Shown: in pieces, positions 28,499 to 39,816 of the stretch
How positions within the stretch are numbered: position 1 is the stretch's first letter
Layout of the letters: each line of letters opens with the position of its first letter
Source of the DNA: an uncultured delta proteobacterium
Lineage (GTDB): Bacteria; Myxococcota_A; Polyangia; Polyangiales; B10-G4
Reading direction: 5' to 3'
DNA length: 64,000 nt
Assembly: GCA_963727445.1 (NCBI GenBank)
Contig: CAVSGI010000014.1
Location: forward strand, 256,001-320,000
Made by a program: the position numbers and the translations under genes
The notes under the pieces: model-generated
Seen by the model: only the letters and a program-made list of their open reading frames with translations
The model's database searches: none
Told to the model about the DNA's origin: nothing

Positions 28499-31400
28499 CG
28501 ACTCTCTCCTCGGATCTGCATCGTCCGCCCCTCGGTCATGCGGATCTCGGTCGGCGCCGATGCGTCATAGCTCCGGAGCGACAGCCCCGTGGTTCGACCC
28601 GACGCGATCCACGCGAGCGGAAGCGGGATGCGATGGGCGCCGTCGTGAACGAGGGGCGCGAGGTGCAGGCGCACGACGCCGGCGCCGTCGACCTCGTCCA
28701 CCTTCACGAGACCCGGAGCCTGCTCCATCGCCGAGCGCGCGACGTCGTCCAGCGCCGCGGCTCCCGGCAGGGTGAGCTCCACAATCGGCGCCTCGACGTC
28801 TTGTTCCCCTTCGTCCTCGACCACGAGCTCGAAGGCCGCCCGCCCGCCGAAGCGACCGGACACGCCTTCGATGTGGGCGCGGACCCGGCCGTCCCCTTCT
28901 TCGCGATGCGAGACCAGGTAGCGCGACTCGGTGCGAAGCCACACCGCGCTCTCGGCGCTGACGCGCGCATGGGTGTCGGCCCCGATCTCGATCACCGCCA
29001 CGCCATCGTCGAGATCGACACGACGCATCACGCCGTCGACCTCGACGTCAGCCGATTCGGGCGCGTCCACGCCCAGGGCGCCGTACACACTCGCGGCGAC
29101 CGCCCAGAACGCGCCCTCGGCACCCAGCCGAGGCACCAGATACATCCGGCCGAGAGCGCTCTGCGCGAGGGCGTCGGCGAGCTCGTCGTCCTCGGCCTGG
29201 CGTGCCGCGATGGCCAGCGCGAGGGTGCCGACGAAGGCGTCGGTGGTCGAGCGCGCCCCGACCCAGCGGCGGCCGTGGTCGTCCTCTTCGAGCGAGGCGA
29301 CGGCGCGCTCGAGGAGCGCGCGGCCCGGCACGTCGCGCCGGTCGATCAACAGCAGCGCCGCCGCCATCTGCGCCATCACCGCCGGCCGGTCGGGCGCCGA
29401 CGCGAGAGCGCGCCAGCCGTCGAGACGCAGCTTGGCGAGGAGCGCGGCGAGCTGCTGCTGCCCGCCGTCGTTCACCCCCGGCGCGAGAGACGCGAGCGCC
29501 GTCAGGATCGCTGCGCGCACCGCCAGGTCGTCGGGGACGGCGCCGCCGAGCGCTTCCGAGGCGCGGGCGACTCGCCCCGGCGCGCCGTCGTCTTCGTCCG
29601 CCGCGAGCACCGGAAGCGCACACGCGAGCCCCACCCCGTCGAGCGTCCCCTCCGCCAGTGCGCGCTGGACACGCGCGAGCGACTGGGGGTCCACCTCGCC
29701 GCGGGTCGAGAGCTCCGCCCAGGCGGTGATGGAAGGTGCGGATGTCTCCACCTCCTCGAAGAGCGGGTCGCGATGCAGCGCACGTGGCGCGCCGATGACG
29801 AGTCGCGCGCGCCAGGGCATGGCATCGTCGGGCGCCTCGACCTCGACCTCCGCGGTGGCCGCGCGCGCGTCGCCCTCCCCTCGGGCGAGCGGCGACCGTC
29901 CCGGAGTGACGCGCGAAGAGGCTCCCTTCCGGCACCACGCGCACGCGCTCGGAGAGCGACTCGATCTCCCGTGCGCCCAGGTGCACCTTCACCACCAGAC
30001 GCACCATTCCAGGCCGCCGCGCTTCGAGGACGATCGACTCCCCGGACAGTCGTGCCGAGACCGCGCCGCCGCGCGCCTCGACCTCCACCGTCGGCCGCTC
30101 CGCGTCCGCCAGCTGCACCAGACGGACCGGCAGCACCAATCGTTCGCCGGGCCGCATCGCCGTCGGCAGCGCGAGGCGCGCCGCCCATGGCAGCCCGGCC
30201 TCGAGCTCGTCGCGCGCCGACTCGATCGAACCGTCGCGCCCGAAGCGGATCGCCACCGCCGCGTAGCGCCGTCGCTCCGGCGGCAACTCCCAGGGTCGAT
30301 CCGCGCCGACCCCGCCGATGGGCGCACCGAGCGGCGTGAGGCGCGCTTCGTCATCCTGACCGTCCACCGGTTCGGGGAGCGCGCGCCACCCGTCGACCCG
30401 GGTCCCCTCGGCGAGGCCCGGCTCGGCGGGCTCGACCTCGAAGACCGCGGCGAGCGATTCGACCGTCGCCCGCCCGAGGGCGACGCCGCGCAGACGCGAC
30501 AGGAGCACGTCCTCGCCCACGGCGTCCGCGTAGATGCCGGAGCTCGCGAGGACCCGCGCGAAGGGATCGACCATGTCGTCGCCGCTGCCGATGCGACCGT
30601 CGGGACCCGCGCTCACCAGCTCCCAGCCGGGCACGGGCGACAGGAACGTGAAGCGTGCACGCCCGCCCGGTGCCCGGCGCAGGACGAGCGGCGTCCCCCA
30701 GCCATCGAAGAGATGCCCGCGCACCGGCCACTCGTGCTCGAAGCCGGTCGTCCCGTCGAGGAGCGCCGCCAGGTACTCACCCGGATCACCGAGACGTGCC
30801 CAGGGCTGGTCGAGGCCGTGACTCTGGATGAGCTCGCGCAGCATCACGTTGACGCGCCACAATCGCTCGCGGGTGATCCGCCGCGCCACGTTGTCGAAGG
30901 TGAAGGCCCGATCCATCTGGGTCAGGGCGTCGATGTCGAGAGGCTCGCCATCGAGCCCTGCCACCATCTCTTCGTAGAGCCCGGCGTGCTGGGTGGCCGC
31001 GAGGAGGACGGCGTGGTTGAAGCGCCAGCGCCCACCCTCGCGCACGCCCACCTCTTCAATCTGGTCGGGAACCTCCACGTCAGCGTAGTCCTCGACGGCG
31101 CGCATGAGGCGACCCAGGCGCCCACGGACGAAGCGCGCGCGCGTGCGCCACGGGTCTCGGAGTAGACCGTGCGCGACCGGCGACTCCGGCAGTGGCTGCG
31201 GCAGCACCTCCCCCTCGCGCATCACGGCGGTCGCCGCGTCGTCCTGGGGGGTGCGCGAGGCGAGGAGCGCCGCGACGAAACCCGGGCTCCGGCCGCGATT
31301 CAGCGCGGATGCGACGGCTCCCGCGACCTCGAGGATTTCGGCCTCGAGGCTGGTCCGATGACGTGCGCGCACCGCGAAGACGGCGGTGGTGCCCGCCACG

Positions 31401-33088
31401 CCACCTTCGATCCTGGTGCGCTCTGCGTCGGCCGCGAGGGTGAGCTGCTCCCCGGCTGCACGCCGGCGGTAGACCACCAGTCCTCCTCCGACCAGGGCGC
31501 GTCCGTCGGGCAGGAGCGGTCGCGCGCGCACCCAGACCTCGCGGCTCGCGGCGGCTGGGGGCTCGAGGCGGACGCGGTCTTCGTTCGCGGCGACGACCGT
31601 GGACGCGATCGGCACGAAAGCGTCGTCCCTCCTGACGAGCGCCGTCACTTCGACGGGGAACGCCCGCACGGCGCGCCGGCGTTCGATGCGCGCTTGGATG
31701 GGCCCCTCGAAGAGCGTGCTGTCCGTGGCGAGACGTATCTGTGCGTCGGGCGCCACCGCCAGGCAGAGCTCGTGACGCGCGCCATCCACCACCAGAGCCG
31801 CAGCCGTCGCCGTCGGCCCACCACAGGAATCCGGGGACGCGAAGGTGCTCGCCAAAAGGGTGGTGCCCTCGAAGGTCGCTACCCCGTCGCGGTCCGTCGT
31901 CGCCGGGATCGACCCGCCCAGACGAGGCGCCTCGAGGCTCACCTGGTGGTTCGCGACGGGCGCGCCATCGGGCATCACCACGCGCACGTGTACGCGCGCC
32001 CCCAGCTCGGGAACCAGCGCCCCACCCTCGATGGCATGCGCCACGAGGAAGGGCTCGCGCGAGACACGCAGATGCACCGGCGCTTCCATCGTGCCGATGG
32101 CGGGATGGACGACGACGACGTTGCGGGTGATCTCCGCCACGGATCCCGCCTCCGAGACGACGTCCGCATGGGTCACCGGCCACGCGATACGGGCGCGCCC
32201 GCTGGCGTCGGTACGCGGCAGCGTTTCGTCCTCGTCGTGATGGGCGCCCGCGAGCGAGACCTGCGCACCTCGGACCGGCCGCCCGTCGGCGCGGCGCACT
32301 CGGACGGACACCTGCGCGATGTCGCCGGCAGACGCGACCTCCGGCGTGACGTGCGTCACCACCCACATCAGCGGTGGCTCCACCTCGGTCACCGCCACGC
32401 TCTTCGCCGCGGACCCGCTCTCGGTGGTCGCCTCGATCTGCACCGCGTGCCCCGCTTCACCGACCGAGATGTGCGACGAAAAGACACCCGCCTCGTCGGT
32501 GCTCAGGGTGATCGGTGCCTGGCGGGCTCCCTCAGCGGTCGCGGTGAGCGTGACCTCCACGCCCGTCGCCGGGCGCCCCTGGGTCCGGTCCACCACGCGC
32601 CCAAAGACCGCCAGCGTGCTGTCGGGCGCGGGGTCGTCGCGGTCGGTGAACAACGCGACGCGATAGCGCGGCTGCACCTCGAGGCTCACGCTGAACACGC
32701 GCCGGACCCGCCCGGTCGCAGCGGCGACGCGGATCTCGGCTGCGCCTTCTACCTCGTCCGGAATCGGGATCGCGATCGCGGCCCGGCCGCGCGCGTCCGT
32801 CTGCGCGTTCGCGATCGGCGCGTCGGGCGCGAAAGAGGCCGTGACCTCGATCGCCGCGTCGCGCGCGGGGCGAAGGTCCCGCCGGCGCACGACCTCGTAC
32901 AGGGTGACGAACCACTGCACCTCACCGCCGCGGACCGCGCTGAGCGAGCCCTCGATGCCCATCTCGAGACCGGTGACCTCGCCCCGTGGCACCTGCCTTC
33001 GCGCGAAGGTCTGCGCCCGCGCGGCCGAGGCGCACAGAACGAGACCACACGAGAGCAGACCGAAGGCGACGCGAGAGACGGCGCTCAT
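28495..33088 (-). CDS. Giant secreted alpha-2-macroglobulin-like protein B (MG-type domains, embedded GspG-like motif), frameshifted near 29830-29880
   Basis: Signal peptide; LFTDRDDPAP MG2-like motif; LPTAMRPGERLVLPVRL; C-terminal APIVELTLPGAA. Paralogous to the upstream gene, with an ATGA overlap. Confidence 0.7.
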
Positions 33089-36000
33089 CGCTCACCTCCG
33101 AGTCCCAGGGTTCGCGGCGCGAGGATGCTCACCCCGGCCGGCCGATCCTCGACCCAGCCGGCGACCCCGAGGCCGCGCAGCTGGCCTTCGACGCTCCAGC
33201 GGACGGGCAGTGGGATCCGAAGCTCTCGACCCGGCGGCATCGGAGCGAGGCGCAGGGTGAGCACCCCTTCGGAGACCTCGGTGCGTCGCACGCCCGCGCG
33301 CATTCGCTGGCGCGCCTGGGCGGTGAGCTCGGCGCCGGTGGGCAGCTCGAGCTCCACCACCGGACGCGGCAGGGTGCGCGGTGAGCGGTTGCGGATCACG
33401 AGCTCGAGCTCGGCGACCTGGTCGACTGCGCCCGCCTCTCCTTCGATCGCGAGAGAAAAGGGACCGCGCTCGCTCGGCGCGCGACGCCATCCGATCCCGT
33501 AGCGCGCCGAGGTCGAGACCTGGACCAGCGCGCCCGGCACGGTGCGCGCGACCACGTGATGAGCGCCGGGCCGCGCGAGCTCCGGCGCGTCGACCGTCGC
33601 CGACCCCGCTGCGAGGTCCACCACCTGCCGCGCGCCGTCGATGGTCACCTCCACCGTGGCCGGCGTCTCCCCGTCGAGGAGGCGGGACATCACGACCGCG
33701 GCAATCCCTCGCTCGTCTGCGGCGAGCGTGTTGCCGAGCGTGACCCAGCGACCGACCGTCGACAAGAGCGAGAGCGCCGTCTCTCGGCGACCGAGGGAGA
33801 GCTCCGCGAGGGCCCACAGCAGCGTGCTCCGCACCGACCGTCGATCGGTGGCGAGCCAGCGATCCTCGCCGACCAACACCGCGTGCCGGCGCGCGCGGCG
33901 CAGGAGCTCGGCGACGGAGGTGCGCCCACCTTCGCTCGCGCCGAAGCCGAGGGCGGCCGCGGCGAGCACCCACCCCTCGGGGTCGTCCGCTGCGCCCATC
34001 GCCTGCGCGGCGACCTCGGTTCGGAGCCGCTCGACGAGCTCGACCGGATCGGCGACGCCCCGCGCGTCCGGGCGGTCGGCGATGGGGGCGAGGCCCAGGA
34101 GCGTCCACGCGAGGGCGTGAAGGCGACGCCGCTGCCCGTCTTCCATGTCCGAAAGACGCGAGTCGACACGATCGATCTGTTCGCTGAGCTCGAGCGTCAC
34201 CTCGCTGATCTCCCCGTCACCGCTGGCGCCGTCCGCCCACAGGCTGCCCAGGGAAAACGCGCGATGCACAGGCGCGTAGCCGGTGTGGAGCTCGCGCAGC
34301 GAGGCTTCCGGCCCGGCGACGGGCGGCGACCACTGCGCAAAGGGCGCGTCGGGATCCGAGACGCCGAAGACCGTGGGGCCGGCGGCGACGAAGAGGCTCG
34401 CGCCACGCGCGTCGGCGCCCGCCGGGACGTCGAAAGACACGCTCGCCTCGGTGTCCCCCACCGCCTCCTCGGCGACGGTCACCCGCCGGGAAAGCGCGAT
34501 CACCTCGATGGGCCGGCGCACCGCGTCCACCGCCTCGCCATCGGGGGTGGTGGCGACCACCGTCAGGTGCCCCTCACCGACCCGTTCGAGCGTCACGTCC
34601 ACCGGCACCACCTGGGCATCGCCCGGAGCGAGGGTGAGACGATGCGGTGCGGAGTCGGGCACGCCGAGCCCTTCGTCCCCCAGCAGACGAAGGACGAGCT
34701 CGCGCGACTCCTCGCCGCGATTCGAGATGCGGAGCGGAAGGCGCACCACGTCACCGCGGTGGGCCGTGGTGGGAATCGGTGCGTCGACGACGATGTCGCG
34801 GTCGACCTCGATGCGCGTGTCGGCGGACCAGATCCAACCGTCGTCCCGCCACACGATCGCCTCGACGATGTAGGTGGTGACGGTGTCCGCGAGGGGAATC
34901 GAGATCTCGGTCGTCCCCGAGTCGTCGAGGGCGAGGTCCGGCACGAAGAGCAGGGTCGGCGGGAAGCGCTCGCGCACGATCCCCGCGAGGTTGGACACAC
35001 GCGCCTCGCCCATGCGCAGCCGGGGGACTCGGGTGTTGCGACCGCCCATGCGACCGGAACCACTTCCATAGCCCGAGCCCCCGCCACCCCCACCGGTGCC
35101 GATCATGCCGAGACCACCGAGGCCGTAGTTGTCCTCGCTCACCTCCGCACTCACCGCGTCGCCAATCTCCTCTTCGCGCGCCTCCGCGTTCACGCGCCGG
35201 TACGCCTCGCGGATGAGCGCGAGGGTGGCGCTCAGCGGCGAGATCACCGCGAGTGCGCGCATGAGCGTGTCCTCGCCGCACGCGAGGGCGTAGGGCGTCG
35301 CCGCCGGGACCGCCCGTGCGAAGGGATCGCGGACGTCATCGCGCGTGCCCGGTCGCCCGTCGGGCCCGGGCGAGACCAGCTCGAGATGGGTCGCGCGCGC
35401 GGAGAGCACGACGGTCGGCGCGTTGGTACGGCGGAGCTGATAGTGCCCTCCCCACGGATCGTCCAGCTCCTCGGCCGAGAGAAGCCCGCGCTCCACCATG
35501 CGCGGGAGCCAGCGCTCCGGCGGCTCTCGCGACGCCATCTGTGCCGCGGGCGACGCCTCGTCTCCAGGATCGAGGTACGCGGCGAGGGCGACCATGATGC
35601 GAACCAGGCGGGCGCGCGCGACGCGCCGCGCGATGTTGTCGTAGGTGAAGGCGGGGTCGGCGGCGCTCAGGATGGCGGGGGTGATCTCGGCTCCCCGAGG
35701 GTCTCGTAGCCCTGGCCGGCAATCAGGTCGTCCTCGAAACGGCGGCGTCCGCCGCTCAGCTGCGTCACGTCGTCGAGAGCGCCCGACGCGAGGGCCTCGG
35801 TGAGGCGCGCCTCAATCTGCCGCATCGCCTCGCCGACGCCCCGCCGCGCGAGCTCACGCGAGAGCGGGAAGGGATCGCGGAGGGGACCGGTGGCGTTGGT
35901 GTGCTCGGGTTGGGCGGCGAGGCCGAGGGCGTCGGTGAGCGGCGCGGCGCGGGGCGGCTCCGGGTCGGCGCCGCTGTGCGCGGCGAGCGCGCTCCTGAGG

Positions 36001-37859
36001 AGCCGGTCGGCGGCGGGCGTCGAGGGATCGAGGATGGCCCGAATCGAACTGACCCTCGAGATAGGAGCGGCGAAACGGCTCCTCGCCGCCATGAGCGCTC
36101 AGGTCGCGCACCAGCACCGCGCCATAGCTCTGGCCGCTCCCCGGCGCCGTGTCGAGTCGGACCCGCGCGGTCTCGCCCACGACCCAGCGCTGCCGTTCGG
36201 GCGTCAGCGACACGAAGTCCGGATTGGCGGGTCGTACAATCAACCCCGCGTGGCTCTCCGGGCCTTCGAAGCTCTCGTCCTCGCGCAGGGTGCGCGCGAC
36301 CACCGAGAAGAGGCCGAGCCGATCGGGCGGCAGATCGATGCGCACGCTGTCGCGGCCAGGAGCGAGGCGCGTCACGAAGAGGGGCTGGCCAATCGGATGC
36401 GATCAGCTCCACGGTCACCTGTGCGCCGGGCAGCCCGCGGGCGGCGAAGAACGCGCACCGTCACCGGCGAGCCGGGCTCGGCGACGACTCGGTCGAGCAC
36501 CAGGCCGAGCTCCGCGTCTCGGAACACGGGGAGCGTCACCGGCGCGACTCGCTCGTGCGGGCCGAGGATGCGCACCAGGATCGGCGTCTCTGGCGTCCCC
36601 GACGCGGCGGACGCTGCACCGAGGGGAACGCGCAGGGGGATCTCGGCGAAGCCGTGCGCGTCGGTGGTGAAGGTGCGCGAGCCCACACGCACCGCCGGGC
36701 CCTCGATGGTCAGCTCGGTTCCTGCGGCGGGAGGCTCGCCCGCGCCGTCCTTCAGCCGAACGTAGAGGACGTCGTCGATTTCCGGGATGAGCCCGCCGTT
36801 GCGTGCATAGGCCTCGATTGACAGGGTCCGGGGGACCGCGAGGGTCATGGTGTCCGAGATGACGATCGAGCCGTGGGCCGGATGCGTCACGTCGGCGCTC
36901 AGGGAGACCACTGCGCTGTCGGCCGTGTAGTAAGCGGGCGCCACCACTTGCACCCGCGCGTTCCCCTCCGCGTCCGACTCCCCCGCGAACTCCGCCTCGC
37001 CGATGTGCACCGTCACCTGGGCGCCCGATACCGGGGAGCCGCTCGGCGTGGTCACGTGAACCACCGCGGTGGTCGTGGCCCCCGGGGCCACCTGATTGTC
37101 GGTGACCTCGAGGGTCGCCAGCAGCCGCTCCCAGGTGCGCGTACCCACCTCGAAAGAGACCTGCTGCGAGAGCTGACCTTCGATCTCGGCGATGACGGTC
37201 GCGTAGCCATGAGGTGCGCTCTCGTCGATGGCCATCTCGAGGTGCACGACGCCGCTCGCTGCCGTCGCTAGCCTTTGCACACTCCGCGGCAGGGGCCCGC
37301 CTTCGACGGTGAGCTTCACGTTCTGCCCCACGACCGGCCGTCCCGTGGCGTCATCGGTCAGGAGCAGCCAGACGTGGGCGGGCTCACCCGGCTCGTAGAG
37401 GCGCCGGTCACTGCGCAGCATCATCGAGAGCGCCGGGACGGGGTTCACCGGGATCTCGAAGGTGCGCGCGTCGTCGTCGGGACCGATGCGCACCTCTATG
37501 TGCGGGGGCCCGAGCCCCGGCGTGTGGTCGATGGGTGGGATTGGCACCTGGACCTCGAAGCGCCCATCGGCGGCCGAGGCCGTCGCCACCCACGGCGTCC
37601 GAACGTCGCCCTCCCCCCGCGTGAAGCGCGCGCGCACCTGCCCTTCGAACGGGACGAGCTCGGCCAGGCCACGCACCCGATAGGCCACCCCGAAGAAGCG
37701 GGCAGGCCGCTCGGCACGCACCGAGGTCCCGCCGCTGAAGGCCATCTCGTAGCCGGTGAAGGGCACCCGCTCCTGCGCAGCGGCAGCACTGACGAGCGAC
37801 GACAGCCAGAGCGCCGAAGAAAGAGCGAGCAGCCAACGCCGCAAAGAGCCTCCCAACAT
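33085..37859 (-). CDS. Giant secreted alpha-2-macroglobulin-like protein A (MG2, A2M domain, GspG-like motif), several frameshifts at 35690-36450
   Basis: Signal peptide from ATG 37859; LRSDRRLYEPGE (MG2); VRERFPPTLLF...LADTVTTY (A2M domain); RPVVELELPTGA C-terminal domain. Confidence 0.75.
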
Positions 37860-37898
37860 CACCGAACCCTCGACACCGGCGGAGGCTACAGGTTCCCC

Positions 37899-37996
37899 CG
37901 CCACCACGGGACTCGTGGATTTTCGGCGGCGGCTCTGGCCCCCTTTGGGTTGGGGGGCCAGAGGGTGGCTGGACGTACTCGCCGCGTGAAATGGCG
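37899..37996 (-). repeat. 96-nt pfa-locus element, copy 1 (non-coding, in the leader of the macroglobulin-like gene)
   Basis: The minus strand reads tcacgcggcgagtacgtccag-N21-caaagggggccagagccg-N25-gtggcg, matching the copies in pfa2/pfa3. Confidence 0.8.
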
Positions 37997-38193
37997 TGAG
38001 GGGGCTCTCGTGTACGAAGGGTGCACAAAAGCGCCGAATCTGCGCCCTCACCCGTGGATTTTCGAGGTCTCGGGAGCGCTCCGACGCAGGGCGTCAAAGC
38101 GGCGCGATTCCGGGGGCTTGCCACCGTGGTGAAACGATGACAGGGGGAGGCCCCGTCACCCGCTAAGAAGGGTGATTCACGCGAGCAAGGGGA

Positions 38194-39810
38194 ATGCTTC
38201 CGAGCGTCGGCATGTGGACAGCGGGCGAGACGCCGCCCGCATTCGAGCAACGCGCCTTGTTGTCGGCGATCGCCGACTTCCGGGCGCCGCTGCACGTCCT
38301 ACGTGAGTCCGCCGAAGGGCGCGTCGGCGTGGGACGCGAAGGCGACGTGATCCCGAAGCGTTATCTGAACGGTCACGCCGCTTATCCGCTCCTCGCGACG
38401 CTCCCCGCGCTGTATCCGGAGTGGCTCGGCGATCGGAGCTTCCTCGAGACCCACGGCGTGCGTTTCCCTTACGTGACCGGCGCCATGGCCAACGGCATCG
38501 CGACCACCGACCTGGTGATCGCGATGGCGCGGGCGCAGATGCTCGGCTTCTTCGGTGCCGCCGGCCTCGCCTATCCCCTGGTCGAAGCAGCGGTGGGCCG
38601 CCTCGAAGCGGCCCTCGGCGGAACCGAGCTCGCCTGGGGGATGAACCTGATCCATTCGCCGAACGAGCCCGCCCTCGAAGACGCGGTGGCGGACCTCTAC
38701 ATCCGCCGCGGCGTGCGGCGCGTGTCGGCCGCCGCCTTCCTCGCCCTCACGCCGGCCATCGTCCGCTACGCCTGCGCCGGGCTGTCGCGCGCGCCCTCCG
38801 GCGAGATCCTCCGGCGCAACCACGTCTTCGCGAAGATCTCCCGCCCCGAGACCGCGCGCCACTTCATGAGCCCGGCGCCTCAGCCTATCCTCGACGCGCT
38901 GGTCGCTGCCGGAAAGCTCACCGCGGACGAAGCCGCGCTCGCCCGCCACGTGCCGCTCGCCGAAGACATCACTGTCGAGGCCGACTCCGGCGGTCACACC
39001 GACAATCAGGCCCTCACCGCCATCTTCCCGGTCATCGCCGAGCTTCGCGACACTCTCGCGGCCGAGCACGGCTTCACGCGGCCGATCCGCGTGGGCGCCG
39101 CCGGCGGCCTCGGCACCCCCCGCTCCGTCGCCGCCGCTTTCGCCCTCGGCGCGAGCTACGTCCTGACCGGCTCGGTCAACCAGAGCAGCCTCGAGTCCGG
39201 CCTCTCGGTCGAAGGCAAGCGCATGCTCGCCCAGGCGAGCACCGGCGACGTGGTGATGGCGCCCGCCGCCGACATGTTCGAGCAGGGCGTCCTGGTGCAG
39301 GTGCTCAAGCGCGGGACGATGTTCGGCGCGCGCGCCCACAAGCTCTTCGTCGCCTACGAGAGCTACCCGAGCCTCGACGCCATCCCCGCGGCGGAGCGGG
39401 CGCGCCTCGAGAAGCAGGCCCTCGGCGCCACCTTCGACGAGGTCCGCGCCGCGACCCGCGCCTTCTGGGCCGACCGCGACCCCTCGGAGAACGACAAGTC
39501 GGCGCGCGATCCCAAGCACGAGATGGCGCTCTGCTTCCGCTGGTACCTGGGGCTGTCGAGCCGCTGGGCCATCACCGGCGAGGCCAGCCGCAAGCTCGAC
39601 TATCAAATCTGGTGCGGTCCCGCGATGGGCGCGTTCAACGAGTGGGTGAAGGGTTCGTTCCTGGCGCCCCCGGACAACCGCTCCGTCGTACAGATCGCGC
39701 TCAACCTGCTCGAGGGGGCCGCGACGGTCACCCGAGCCCATCAGCTTCGCAGTTACGGCGCGCCGATCCCGGCCGCCGCTTATCGGTATGAGCCCCGTTT
39801 GCTCGCGTAG
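38194..39810 (+). CDS. pfaD: PUFA synthase enoyl reductase PfaD (myxobacterial Pfa1)
   Basis: GAMANGIA, FGAAGL, NLIHSP, EADSGGHTD, GAAGGLGTP, APAADMFEQG, DYQIWCGPAMGAFN. Confidence 0.95.
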   Translation: MLPSVGMWTAGETPPAFEQRALLSAIADFRAPLHVLRESAEGRVGVGREGDVIPKRYLNGHAAYPLLATLPALYPEWLGDRSFLETHGVRFPYVTGAMANGIATTDLVIAMARAQMLGFFGAAGLAYPLVEAAVGRLEAALGGTELAWGMNLIHSPNEPALEDAVADLYIRRGVRRVSAAAFLALTPAIVRYACAGLSRAPSGEILRRNHVFAKISRPETARHFMSPAPQPILDALVAAGKLTADEAALARHVPLAEDITVEADSGGHTDNQALTAIFPVIAELRDTLAAEHGFTRPIRVGAAGGLGTPRSVAAAFALGASYVLTGSVNQSSLESGLSVEGKRMLAQASTGDVVMAPAADMFEQGVLVQVLKRGTMFGARAHKLFVAYESYPSLDAIPAAERARLEKQALGATFDEVRAATRAFWADRDPSENDKSARDPKHEMALCFRWYLGLSSRWAITGEASRKLDYQIWCGPAMGAFNEWVKGSFLAPPDNRSVVQIALNLLEGAATVTRAHQLRSYGAPIPAAAYRYEPRLLA

Positions 39811-39816
39811 GACGTC

